NCBI GenBank assembly: GCA_033442325.1
Contig: JAWQFM010000035.1
Span: forward strand, 280,730 to 341,471
Direction: 5' to 3'
Length of the DNA: 60,742 nt
From: Salpingoeca rosetta
Lineage: Eukaryota; Protista; Choanoflagellata
Part shown: in pieces, positions 1 to 30,700 of the stretch
Layout: the number at the start of each line of letters is the position of its first letter
Numbering within the stretch: the first letter of the stretch is position 1
Notes under the pieces: generated by a model
Database searches by the model: none
The model's input: the letters and a program-made list of their open reading frames with translations, nothing else
Told to the model about the DNA's origin: nothing
Position numbers and translations under genes: made by a program

Positions 1-3362
<3,362 letters not shown>

Positions 3363-4155
3363 CGTGATTGCTGAAAGTTGGTTGAAATCATTAACAAATC
3401 CTCCACAACCGCGCCAAACTCGTGAGTTTGAACGTTGGAACATCCTCTCGCACACACACTCCCTCACACACACTCCCTCACACACACACACCCTCACACA
3501 CACACACACATACACACACACACACACACATACACACACACACACATACACACACACATACACACACACACATACACACACACACACACACTCTCTCTCT
3601 CTCTCTGTGACTGTCAACTTTCCTGTGTGTCCATGCCTCCCTCTCTCCCAAACCACCCCCGCCCCCCGCTCTACAGTCTTGCATTCAGGCCACCAGGCAA
3701 GAGTCGCGTACACAGCATTATGGTGACTGGGAACTACCAAACCGAAGAGGAAGAAGAGAAAGTAAGCAAACGTGCGCAAGGAAACGGCGAGACACACGAA
3801 ACAAACCAACAAGCAGGCAAGAAGCAAGCACACAGACCAACGACAACCAAAGTCAAGAGGCAAACATAAAGGGTACAATGTACGACAACGCGTCACGGCG
3901 TCAGCATAACTTGGGCCATAGGAAACGGTGGCAGAAGAGAGTACAAGCAAAGCAAAGGCACACACAAAGGGCAATAGGTGACACAAGCAATGTTTCGTGT
4001 GTATGCTTGCGGGGGTGTTTGTGTGAGACACAAAACACACACAACACACACAAAACACACACACACACACACAAAACACACAAGCACACAAACACACCAA
4101 CACCTACACATACGAGTACAAGAGAGTGAGCGAGTTGGCTGTGGATGCACTGCGC

Positions 4156-6270
<2,115 letters not shown>

Positions 6271-7554
6271 GATGGTGTGTGGGTGAGTTGAATGAACACG
6301 TGAGTGCGAGGCGAAGGTGGTCACGCAGCCGCTATCGCTACGCATGCGGCTCATCGCGCACAAATCTTCCGCAATAGACAGATGGAAGAAGGCACACAGC
6401 TGGGGAGGGGGGAGGCGGAAGCTGGAACTGATCGACAGTGATTCAAGCAATGGTGGCGACAAACAAACAGCAGAGAGGACTGCGGTGCAGTGGCAGAGGT
6501 TCAAATGGAAATGAAGCGCTAAACACTTTGGCAAGCGAGATCGCAACCATGCAGCAGCTCAAGCACGCAAGCGCGGCAGGAGTCATCTGGAGCATGGAGC
6601 AACAGCCTTGTCTTGACTCATCCATAACAACGAAAGCACACAAACAAACAAACAAACACACACACACACACATACAGCTCTGGTTTGCTCAGTGACGCTC
6701 ACCATGCTGTCGGTTGTGCCTTGTGTACAGTCTTGTGGAGAAACCTACAACGAACGAAGAGGAAGAAGAAAACGGAGAACGAGAACACTAACGAAGGACG
6801 AGAAACGGGGTGCACCGTCGAAATAAATTGAGCGAAAAAAGTCCTGTGCGTGTACGCCTGCTCATCAAGCATACAAGTGAAGCGTCGGGAAGGCGGGCCA
6901 GGCAGGCTGGGACATCAGCAAGATCAACAAAAAAAAATGGAGCAACGCGACCGTGGGTGGCTTGACACACACGAAAGTGACATGCGACACGAAAGTGACA
7001 TTCGACATGGGAGTGCACGTCGCAACCAATCCAGCACACAAACAAGGGACACACAACAAACGGATTGATCTCTGTACTCTTTGGCGTCAGCACTTGAGCA
7101 CGCACACACACATCGACACATACACACACGAATACACACACGTACGCATACACATACACACACATTATGCTGTGCATGCACCCTCCCTCTCAACCACACG
7201 CACACACACACACACACACATCACAGAGAGAGACACACCTGCTGTAGAAATGTGTGTCGTGTTTGTTGTGTTGGCGTGGGTGCGATGTGTTTGGAGGAAT
7301 TGCTGATTTCCATGTATATCTTCCACCATTTCTCGATGCCTGCCGCAAGGCCACAACACAACACCCAAGTGGCGGCAAAAAGGCAAGAGGTAAAACACGA
7401 GTGACGAGCAGTAAGCAAGCAGCGAAGACAGACCCGACACGCACACCACACACACTCATACACACACACCACACACTGTCTCTCTCATACACACACACAA
7501 ACACACACACAAACACACACACACACACAAATATACATACACGCAGTCACAACC

Positions 7555-9099
7555 ATGGTTGACATCAGCCTGCGGAGTTCGGTGGCGTTCTGTGTGTTGT
7601 GTGGCGCGTTCTTGCTGCTGGCAACGTTCAAGGACACGCTGGTGAACATCCCGGCCACTCCACCGCACACGCCACAACAACGACAGTTCGGCCAGCCACT
7701 GGCCACACCAACAGTTCTGACAGTTGCAGTTGAAAGCGATCACGAGTCGCGTGTGGCGGCAATCTTGCGGAGGCAAGGTGCACTCAGTGCTGACAATGCA
7801 GCCAGCAGTGACAGTGCCCACAGCACCGGCGATACTGCCAGCCCCGACCCACCACCACACGCTCCCACACCTCAACAACCACAGCCGCAGCTAAGCAACG
7901 AGAGTGAACCTGTGCCATGGGTGGCGGCGGCCAAGACAACACACAACGGTGGCGTGACGAACAAAGGCATGAACCAAGCAGCGCTGCAAGGTCCCATCCC
8001 GGAGCACATTAGCGAGGACCCGCTGTGGGAGCAGACAGCGCGGGAAACGTGCAGCCTCAACTTCACGGCCATCATCCGACACCAGCTGGGGCCCTGGCTG
8101 GAGTCGGGCATCAAGCAAGCGCACGTGGACGACCTCTACTGCCAACGCAAGCACGTGGCGCGCATCTCATATGTGGGCGGGGAGCTGCGCTACGGCAGCT
8201 GGCAGCTTGGCATGGACGTGAACCGCCTGCGGTCTGCGCTGTGGTTCATCCACCTGGCGACGGAGCGGGCGAAGCTGCGCGGCAACCCCATCCCGCCGTT
8301 TGAGGTCGTAATCAACCCGACAGACAAGACGAGCGAGTACGGTATTGGCGGGACGACGCTTGGCGGCAAACGGCGGCCGCTGCTGTGCAACGCAAAGTGC
8401 GACGGCGACGCGTCCATCTCCTTCCCCATCATGTTCAACGCGGCGTTTGGCACCGGCACGGGCGAGATGTCGCTCGCGCTGTACCGCCACAAGTACAGCG
8501 AGCTGGTGGCGATGGGGCGGCCGGGCGAGTGGCACGCCAAGATCCCAAAGATGTTCTTCTCCTCCACCAACACGCGCGGCCACCGCGCAGCCATCTTCGA
8601 CTCGGAGCACCCGGGCGTCGTGGCGCTGCCGGAGGTGGTCCCTATATCGCTGTACGGCGACTTCCAGTACCTCATCTACGCCTTTGGGCACAGCGGGTGG
8701 TCACAGCGGTTACGAGAGCTCGCCTTCATGGACGCTGTGCTGTTGCTTGAAGAGTCACAGTGCCGGGAGTACTATCACGACGTGTTCACGCCGCACGTGG
8801 ACTACATTCCCGTGGCGGAGGATTTGTCCAACCTGGACGACGCGTTGGAGCGTGCAATGAGCGGACACGACCGCCGCATGGCGCAGCGCTGGCGGGCAAA
8901 GGGATATGAGGTGCTCTCGCTGCCGTGTGTCCTCGACTACGTTGAAGGGTTGCTGAGGGAATACGCACGCCTGCAACGCTTCGCGCCACAGCAGCGACCA
9001 GACCACCGCCCATATGCGATGACAGACCCATTGTCCGTGTTTTCGCACCGGACAGAGCCGCCGGACGCGCACACGTGCACACGCGCAGCGCAGGCGTAA
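7555..9099 (+). CDS. Glycosyltransferase family 90 (CAP10/POGLUT/KDELC-like), type II membrane protein, intronless, 514 aa
   Basis: N-terminal hydrophobic anchor (VAFCVLCGAFLLLA), Pro/Ser/Thr stem, then YLIYAFGHSGWSQRLRELAFMDAVLLLEESQCREYYHDVFTPHVDYIPVAEDLSNL, matching the GT90 C-terminal consensus. Uninterrupted GC3-rich ORF. Confidence 0.85.
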   Translation: MVDISLRSSVAFCVLCGAFLLLATFKDTLVNIPATPPHTPQQRQFGQPLATPTVLTVAVESDHESRVAAILRRQGALSADNAASSDSAHSTGDTASPDPPPHAPTPQQPQPQLSNESEPVPWVAAAKTTHNGGVTNKGMNQAALQGPIPEHISEDPLWEQTARETCSLNFTAIIRHQLGPWLESGIKQAHVDDLYCQRKHVARISYVGGELRYGSWQLGMDVNRLRSALWFIHLATERAKLRGNPIPPFEVVINPTDKTSEYGIGGTTLGGKRRPLLCNAKCDGDASISFPIMFNAAFGTGTGEMSLALYRHKYSELVAMGRPGEWHAKIPKMFFSSTNTRGHRAAIFDSEHPGVVALPEVVPISLYGDFQYLIYAFGHSGWSQRLRELAFMDAVLLLEESQCREYYHDVFTPHVDYIPVAEDLSNLDDALERAMSGHDRRMAQRWRAKGYEVLSLPCVLDYVEGLLREYARLQRFAPQQRPDHRPYAMTDPLSVFSHRTEPPDAHTCTRAAQA

Positions 9100-9131
9100 C
9101 CATTTTGTTGGGGGGGCCGTGAGGTGTGTGT

Positions 9132-9162
<31 letters not shown>

Positions 9163-9193
9163 AGTGTGTGTGTGAGTATGTGTGTGTGTGTGA

Positions 9194-9236
<43 letters not shown>

Positions 9237-9690
9237 GGATAGACAAACAGAGGCGCAGCAGGGTATGTGGACGGTGGCAGCGCGTGTGATACATCTGTAT
9301 TTGTGTTACAGCGGTGACGCAACCAGCCCACGACCCAAACGGGCATGTAACATAACTGCACTATCGTAAACGAAAAACAGACAAGCAACAGTCACTCATG
9401 GCACCAAACACAAACCACAGACACACACACGCACACACACACACACACACACACAGAGGAATCACACATACACATGCGGCGAGAAAAAGTAACTACCAAA
9501 AAACACAACGACAAGATGGTGGTAATGGTTGCTGCTGTGTTGTTGTGTGGTCAATTCAAGTGTTCACGTATCACCATCGTCTCGTCCAAAGCACCAGAGC
9601 ACCAGAGCACCACGATCGAAAGGACAAACATCATCAATGGATGCAATGACCAAATGCCCAGCAGCCCATCGCCGAAATCCCTGGTCGGGG

Positions 9691-15172
<5,482 letters not shown>

Positions 15173-15595
15173 TGGTGGTGGTGGTGGTGGTGGTGGTGGT
15201 GGTGGTGTGTTGGTGTGTTGGTGTGTGTGTTGGTGTGTGTGTTGGTGTGTGTGTGTGTGTGTTGGTGTGTGTGTGTGTGAGGGGATGATGCATGCACACG
15301 TAAATGTGTGTGAGACAATGTGGGTGGTACACAATCAAGCAAGTCATTATTTCCACCACCACCACCACCGCCACCGCCACGACCACAATGAGTGCCTGCA
15401 AGCACAAGTGCGCACCACGTGTGAGGAGTGGGTGTGGCGAGAGGACGTCGACGGTGTGCGGATTTGCGCCGGCCGGAACATTGAATCTGTTGGATGGATG
15501 GATGGTTGGTTGGTTGGATGGATGATTGGTGGCGTTTGAAGTCGTGGTGACATAATTGGTGGTGAGATGAGCCAATGCATGCCGTGAGTGCACAC

Positions 15596-16234
15596 TTAAT
15601 TGCTGTCAGTCGTAAAGCCTGTCGCCAGTGAATACCAGAGTCACACCAACACTCCGTCGCAACACTCCATCACCCACACCAACCATCACCCACACCCACC
15701 CCCCGCTTTCGTCTCACATGAAGCCTGTGCCATCGCCTCCGTCTTCTTGAAGTCGATGTCCGCATATGCGCTCGAGGTCGCGTTGCCCTGACGCGGCGGT
15801 GTGATCGAGAGCACAGTGATTGGTGGTCATGGTGGCGGTGTTGTAGTGGGGTTGTGTAGACGGGGTGGTGGGGTCGCAAACGTGTGAGTGGCAGATAACA
15901 GGTGTATGTATACACATCGTATACACATGCACACACACAAACACACACACAAACACACATACACACAAACACACACACACGCACAAACACACGTACACAC
16001 AAACCTGGTCCTCTGCGTGTGTCTGCGTTGCGGGCTGCGACTTGGCGGTGATGGAAAATTCGTTGCCACCATCGCTCCCATCGCTGTCGTCATCAAACTG
16101 AATCTGCGTGTACCTGTCATGTCAGTAGTGTCATGGTGGTGGTGGTGTTGGCGAATGGTAGGATGATGCACCAACATGGACACGTGAGCGAGTCGGCGTG
16201 TCAACACACGAATTAATCAGCACACACATCACAG

Positions 16235-16294
<60 letters not shown>

Positions 16295-17967
16295 TCAGAC
16301 GAGCACACGTGTACTCACGCAAGTGTTGCCTTGTCCGGCTGGGTCTGCCCGCCACTGCTTCGTTTCCGCTGTACATGTGCTTGTGATCGAGGCCGCTGCT
16401 GTGGCTGCGACTGCTGCGACTGTGGAGGGTGCGCTGGTGCACGGCCCTGTGTGCGTGTCTGCGTGTGTGTCTGCGCGTGTGTCTGCGTGCGTGCTTGCAA
16501 ATGCGTCTGCGTGCGTGGTTGCTGCGGAGGCTGTACGTGTGTGTGCGCGGGTGTGTTTGCGTGTGTCTCCACGCTGACGTTTGAGACGGCGCGTGACCGC
16601 CGGTGACGGCTGTCTGTCGTGCTCTCCCGGCCACGAACCGACCGCTCAGACTGGCCGTTGCATGCAATGGGTTGTTTGTGTGTGTTTGTGCGTGTGTTTG
16701 TGCGTGTTTGTGTGTGTGTGTTTGTATTTGTGTGTGTGTGTTTGTGTAGTCATGTGAGAAAGAATACTCTGCTTGTTTCTCTCCTCCAGTGCACCCATCT
16801 CAGCATCAAACACCATGACCACCACCACCACCACTACCACCATTGTCACGTACGCCGAGAGAGACGACGGGTGCCTTCTGCTGCTGCTGCTGTGTCTTCA
16901 TGGGGATGTAGTTTGCAGCGCTGCCCTCGCGGATGGCACGGTCAACAGCAGACGACACATTCACGTCGTCCTAACACACGCGAGTGGCGATGAGGCGTTG
17001 GTGAGGGCGAGAGAGAGAGAGAGAGAGAGTGTGTGTGTGTGTGTGTGGGGAGGTGGGGAGAGCAACAACTTGCTTCACTTGATTGGCTGACATGAGGAAT
17101 GGGATGCGCAATTTCGCACAAACACACATTCACACACACACACACACACTAACTCACTCACTGACTCACTCACTCACACCTACCAGGAGCTTGAAGGTGA
17201 ACTTCTTTGGTCCAAGCTCACATCGCCGGCCAGCTTCAAATGCAAAGTGACGCTGGGCCTACAGTGCGCGTGCACCAAGGTTGGTGGTGTCATGAGAGCG
17301 TCTACACAGCCCTTGCTACACATATCCAAACCCACACCCACTCTCATGCAAACTCACAGTCCGTCTTCTCGTTCACGCTCCCTGACGTACGTACGCTCTC
17401 ATTTCACACACACAAACACACACACAAACACACATACACACACCTGTCCATATCCGCGGAGGTATGCGATGGGGAACCTTGCATACTGCACAAGCGACAG
17501 CAGTGTGCAGGGCGGACACGTTCTTGAGTCGGTGAGCTAGTGTGCGTTGTCGCGTTGAGTACAAGCACACGGACGCAGATATTGATATGCCCTGTTGTGT
17601 GTGCGTGTCGAGACGCCAGCCGCGCACGTGCACACAAAACACACACACGTGCACACACAGACACACACAGACACACACAGATACACACAGACATAGGCAC
17701 ACACACATAACCGCCCTCCACCAACCTCGTGGGATTGCGGAGCCGCCGTTTCACGAAACACGAGGCAAGGGAACTGCAGATGAAGGTACATGGCGCCCGT
17801 CAAGGGTTCCGTTAAGCCTCGGACCTCATACGCTGGTGAGCCTGAAGCGGACAGTGGTACAAAGCGGGGTAGAAGCGGGGGTGTTGGGTGAGGTGAGTGC
17901 TCCCCAACACAACCGCACAAGCGTAACGCTCGAACCCTCCATTGCAAGCACCTGCCACCACCAGCTA

Positions 17968-18041
<74 letters not shown>

Positions 18042-18099
18042 CACACACACACCACGCCACCCAGAACCAAAACAACAAGGCGGAGGACGCACTCGACAT
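15596..18099 (-). CDS. IRS-type PTB-domain docking protein (FRS2/DOK/Gab-like), multi-exon
   Basis: Exons YARFPIAYLRGYGQ (~17445-17485) and AQRHFAFEAGRRCELGPKKFTFKLL (~17184-17258) match the IRS/DOK/FRS2 PTB consensus. Later exons carry NYIPM (~16899-16913), LAYTQIQF (junction ~16320/16112) and SAYADIDFKKTEAM (~15730-15775). Start (MS|SSPAYEV) and last exon are tentative. Confidence 0.82.
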
Positions 18100-18266
18100 C
18101 TTGGCGATTTGTGAATGTGGTGGTCAATTTTCCACTGTCCTGTCATCCTTTCGCCAATCGCACAACTTGCTGAAGTGGTTGGTTGGTTGGTGCCGAACAG
18201 TGTGCTCTGTGTGACGTGTGGGTATGGGGACGGTGAACGCACATCTTGCGTGAATGCCATTGTGAC

Positions 18267-18340
<74 letters not shown>

Positions 18341-18978
18341 GTGAGACAGGTCGCGTCGACAGTTTTGTTGCATTCACATCACATTCATATATCAAGCAAG
18401 AAGCAAGCGATCACTGATACGTGCACCCAATTTCACTGTGGTTGTTGGTATTTGTTTGGGTTTCCTCGTTTCACTTCTCATCACCAACTAACGCAGATCG
18501 AAAGCCCCTGCCAACCAACACAAACTAAACCCCATCGGTAGGTCAACAGCAACATCAACAACCAGTGGCCAATCGATATGCCTAAAGCGCTGCATTGGGA
18601 GCGATACGTGTTGCTTTGACCGCTCATTGCTTCTGCCTCTGTGTAGCGGCGCTGTTCACACTTGGCTCGCTCACCACGAGTCACTGTCAAAGCCATTTTC
18701 CATCTTTGCGTCGCGATCTTATATCGTTTGAACGGAGGTGTTTCTTGTAGCTGCCTGTTTCGTCCATCTCCCACATACGCTCACACGCACCTCGACATCA
18801 CCGCCGCCATCGCTTCCTTTGCTTTGCTTTGCTTTGCTTTGCTTTGCTTTCATCCTTTCCTTTCTTCTTTCCTTCTTTCCTTCCTGTTGCCTTCCACGCT
18901 TCCTTCCTTCGATACACTTTGATCCTCTTGACCTTTCTCTCTCCGCTGTGTCCCCCAATGAACCAAGAACACGACGCC

Positions 18979-22508
<3,530 letters not shown>

Positions 22509-22542
22509 AGCACACCATGCTGACACACGCGCACACTGACAC

Positions 22543-22606
<64 letters not shown>

Positions 22607-23014
22607 CTATCCACACAGAGCGTGGCTATTTTGGAACTGGTGTCAGCTTTCCTGTGCTTGGTTGCTGTGGCATTTGATGTGAACATTGCGTCTCGTGTGA
22701 CGTCACACTTGTACGTCTGTGCTCCGACTACTGCTCGCCTCCCAAAATGTCGTCTCTCTTGTGCCGTACCTTCCTCTCCCCCGCCTCCCCTTGCTTTCTT
22801 TCTCGTGGTCTTCCCTGTTTTGTCGAGGCACGTGCATGTTACGTCACGTTGCTCGTGTGCCTGCGACAGTTCCCTCCCCCCTCCCCTCTTCCAATTCGGC
22901 CGTGACGAGGTCATGATTTCTGACATCCCAATCAACTTCTCCACGCGTGCAAATAAACCTACCGCTCCACGAATGCCAATTTACGCAACCGCTTGATTGC
23001 AGGCAGACCACAAT

Positions 23015-23165
<151 letters not shown>

Positions 23166-24559
23166 GTGCCGTTGTCTGAGACGCTGCGGGGTATCACATC
23201 ATATCACAAGCGCATCGCTCAAAAGTTAGCACTACGACACAGTGCTGACGATGTGTTGGGCACCCGGGCTGATTTGGTGCGCCGACTTGTGTCATGGCGA
23301 CAAACATGCCCAAGCAAAGATACAACCACACAGCGCTCAAACCAAGAAAAGAAGAAACAACACGCGCTGTATCCTTTCTCTTCGCACACTGCATGCCCAG
23401 CTCACCAGACCACCAGCCAATTCAAAAAAAAAAAACGCGTCACCCTATCGGTGCACATCGTCGAAGCAGCAAAAGAGTTTGAAGAAATCAAGACAGGAGT
23501 GACGATTGTCTTAGTTATGAGATCACCAAGCGTACACAGCGAACATGCGCATATAAAGCCACGAGCTGAACGGGAAAGCTTTCAAAACTTTAGTCGCCTC
23601 CAACCGCACAATGACATCATGATCCTATAATGGAAAGGCCGATGCCACAAATAGACTTGCTTGCTTCTTCTCCTTTGCTCGGAGTCACGGTGTGCGCAGA
23701 GCGGTAACATACCAAAAGCTCAAAAGGGAGGACAAAAAAAAACAATGAAGCAAAAAGAAAACACACAAAGCACAGAACAGCAAAGAAATGCTGTAAATGA
23801 AACTGATCTCAAACTCCAACGAATGGCAGCGACCATGCCAATATGAAATCCTAAAGTCTTTGCCCTGTTTCCCGTTTGTGACTTTCTCGCCATCGGCCCC
23901 CAACCCCAACCCCAAGATGATGTCAGTGCGGATCACATCAACCGAACAGAAAGCGGACATGGATGTCACACGAGAAGGCCGGTGGCCTCTTTGTAGAATG
24001 CGCGTCATGTCATGTGTCACATCACCAACACGACCCGCCCATGCACGCACGATGATCAGCTGGCTGCAGTCCAGGGGTTTAGCTAGCGTGTTGGCATAGC
24101 GAGTCTAATGGTTAAGTGGCGAGGAACATTCAAGTGCTGCTGCTGGTGGTGGTGGTGGTGAAAGAATGAACTGCCGCTACGGGGCGTGTCATGAGCGCAC
24201 AAGCGTAACATCCCAAAACAAGCAAGAAGCTGCTCATCAAGGTTGTGCGGTGCTTTGACACACAAAGGAGGGAAAATGCAGAAAGAGAGAAAGAAACAAA
24301 GAAAGGAAGAACGTGACATGCGATGCGCAAGCTGCGGCAACAACAGCAGCAGCAGCAGTTGAAAAGATGCGTGCTTAGGCAGGCGATGAACACAAGCGCA
24401 AAGCAAGCAAGCGGGGGGGGGCACAGCAAGCGTTCCCCCCAAATGACAGAAGTGGTCGGACGGCAATTCAAACAACCGAACACAAGTAAGCGCGTTTCCT
24501 GCCCCTCCTGTCGTCTGCCACCTCCCTATCCTTCATCAAGACGAGGCGATGCTGGGGCA

Positions 24560-27376
<2,817 letters not shown>

Positions 27377-27742
27377 CAGCGTTGTTGGTTGGCGGCAGGA
27401 AAAGCAACAATTTTGTCTGTCGCTTGTCGTTCCGAGGTCACCATGACCATCGTTTGTATCTTGCACAAATTTTCGTACGTACACCGCTCGGCGTACCCCC
27501 CCCCCCCTTCATTACGACGACACCACCACCACCACTCCCAGACAGATCAAAAGTGAGCTGTGTGTGTGTGTGTGTGTGTGCGCACGGCAGGCGGCGTCAG
27601 GTCCAGTTCCAGCCTAAGAAGCAGGCGACAACCAGAACAACGATAAGGGCGCCGAGAACACCCCACCAACGACGAACGATTGTGCGCGCTTGCGCTTAGT
27701 GCGCTTGGCCTGCACGCACCCGGCAAGGCTAAAAAGCAGGGA

Positions 27743-30700
27743 ATGGCGCATCTGCGGCCGCCCTCTTCGGCGGTGGCAGCGCTTGCATTGCCACTGCTCC
27801 TTCTACTGACCGCGACGGCTGCACAGGAACCATGGTGGGCGATTGTGCTTGCATTCATCATCTCCTCCTTTGCGCGATTTGTCAATGCTAAGTGGAAGGG
27901 CGTGAATCGTCAAATAGATTTGCGCGTACCTTCCCCTCCCCCCTGCAACTCATCCATACATGCAAACACACACACACACACACACGCACACGCAACGTAT
28001 AGTCCAGAAGGTGGCACAAGCGTGGGAAACGACATGCTGATGGCAATCGGTATGTTTCAATCTCACGAGCAAACACTTAGTGGAGTGCCTTGTCGCGTGA
28101 CATGGTACCTCGCAAATCTACAATTCATCAACCAACCAACCAACCAGTAGTGTTTTGGCGTGTGCTCACCTTTTGGTGCGTGTCTCATTACTTGCTTGCC
28201 TTGCGTTGCCGATTTTGGCACCCAGCCGAGGGAAAGCAGGAGCCACCTGCAGGTGCGGTCGTCTGCATTGATTTCACAAACCAGTGGGGCGCGGCGGATG
28301 ACCAGACCTTGGAGATAACACTACCAAAAGCCGAATTTGTGCGGGTAAGGTGTCTCATCCAACAATGCTTACTTGCTTGTGGAGAAGGAGAAGATGTGGA
28401 CAGCAGAGGGTGAGCTGTTGTTCTTGAATGACAACACCAATACGACAATTGGACGGTCGACATGCCTCAAGGACACACTGCGCCTCACGATACACAGCTC
28501 GCTCACAACAATCCCCCGCTTCGTCTGGGGCTCATGATCTTTGCTCCTGACTCGCTCGAAACTCACAGGTGCATGTCGATGCAACCAACGCCGAGAAGAC
28601 AAACTTGGTTGTCAACACACCAAGCTCAATGCAGAAGATCGAGGTCTTCTACACAAACCAGCGTCGCTTGAACAGACTGGTGAGGACAGTCACTGTGTTG
28701 ACTGCTTTGTGCTCATCGTGCCTTTTTGGTTAGCAGCTGTGTGATGTGTAAGTGTGCGCGTACGTGCGTGCCTGATTCTTGTTGCCCTTTCCATCAAATG
28801 ATCATCATAATCATAATCATCGTCATCATCAACAACACCAACAATGATAGGTGTTTCCAAATGTGGGGTACACTGCTGACATTGACATTGGCCTTTTTTC
28901 GAACCTCCCCAGCGGCGCCGGCGTACGTCAACAGTGATGGTGCCTGAGCGCACGAGATTCCAGGGTGCTCAGTCTGCGTGTGTGTGTGTGTTGTGTGTGT
29001 GTGTGCGTGCGTGTGTCAGTACGCATTCACGTGTGCCACCTGAATGCACACGGCCAACGCAAGTGTGATTGCCGCTGATGTGTCTAACTCAACCCTTGTT
29101 CCCCCTCAGCGTCATCATTCTCACCACCGCCGCCATCATGACCCCGACTACATCGAACGCGTGCAGATTCTGTTCCCAAAGCTGGACGCGGTCGGGTCCT
29201 TGAAGGTGAGCGCCTTCAATGGGAACGGCGTGACATCGCGGAACACCATCGATGGCGCTTTCAACACAAACCCAGAAGGTCAGCTCCAACAGAGTGTGCG
29301 CGTGCGTGCGTGTGTGTGTGTGTGTGGGCGCGTGCAAGTGTGCGTTTGAGTCTGCGTGTGTATGCGTTCATGTGTGCGTGTGCTTGTGTTAGTGGTGAGT
29401 GTGCGTGTGGTGCTTGTCTGTATGTGCATGAGATGAATTGCATAACAGCACGTTGCGTGAGAGATGTTGAACGCACGTTCATCAAGTGCTTGGGGTTGTC
29501 TTCACTTCGCGCTGCTTTCAGGCATTGTACTTGGCAGCCCTCGCTGTAACAGACAGATTGCGTTGTGCTCTGGTCACCCATGGCCATGGTCATGCTCAGA
29601 GAAGTACGTTCAGTGGCATTGGGGGTGCATGATTGATTCGCTGCGCTGCTGTCTTTCATCAAATAGACTTCATGCGCGAACACACACACACACACACACA
29701 CACACGCCCTCACGTTGCTTGCCTCATGCGTTTGCTGACATTGCTCACCACACCGCCGACCTTTTCTTTGCTCCCTATCCTCTGTTCTCTCTCTTCCTCT
29801 CGCTGAACGTGCTGTCAACTGCAGCCCGCTCCATATCAAAGGCATTACAATTGCGACGACGGGGGACGCCGGCGTGATTGGCCGCCTTGCCCTCTTCCGC
29901 CTCGCTGCCCTCGATTCTGTCGATGCAACTGCGATCCAGAACAAGGTAGAGGGTGCTTTGCACGCTTGTACACGTCGTAGATGTGGTGCTTGTTGTTGGG
30001 TAGCTGGACAAGGAAACACGGACACCGCATGCTTGCCACCAGTCTGTGATCGACAATGAAATATCATCACGCTGTCACGAACCCATCATCCCAAACACTC
30101 CACGCGCCATCAATGTCCTCATCACACCACGCCACCACCACTATCCTCCCTCAACCATGATGTGCAGGGCATGGTGGACATTGCCGCAGTGCTTGAGAGT
30201 GACAACACGTTTCTCCAGGACGTGCAGTACAATCTTGAGTCATCGCTGGTCAGCGGCCGCCCCTGGAGCACCATCCGCTACTTTCGTCTCGCCAGCGACA
30301 TTGAAGCAATCAAGGTGCGGTGCAAACATGTGTTTGTGTTACACGTACGCAGCACCTGTGCGTGTGCGTGTGTGCGTGTGCATGCGCATGTGTGTTTGTG
30401 TGTGTGTGTGCGTGTGTTTGTGTGCGTGCGCGTGTGTGCGCGTGTATGCCAATGTATCGATGTGCGTGCCTGTCGTCTCACCACCACCACCACCACCACC
30501 ACCACCACCACCATCATCATCACCACCATCATCATCACCACCATCATCATCACCACCATCGCGACCGCTGCCTTGCACAGACGTCGATGGACAAGTCCTT
30601 GTGGACCATTGAGATGCTGCCGCTGGACAGATGCGCTGGTGGCGTTACGGACCCGTGCATCGGCGATGACGTGACAGAGCCAAACGACTCCATGGACACG

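Noticed and set aside
7872-9103. Antisense and alternate-frame ORFs over the GT90 gene (similar ones over the receptor and RsmH exons)
   Set aside because: Expected shadows of GC-rich coding sequence, with no independent motifs.
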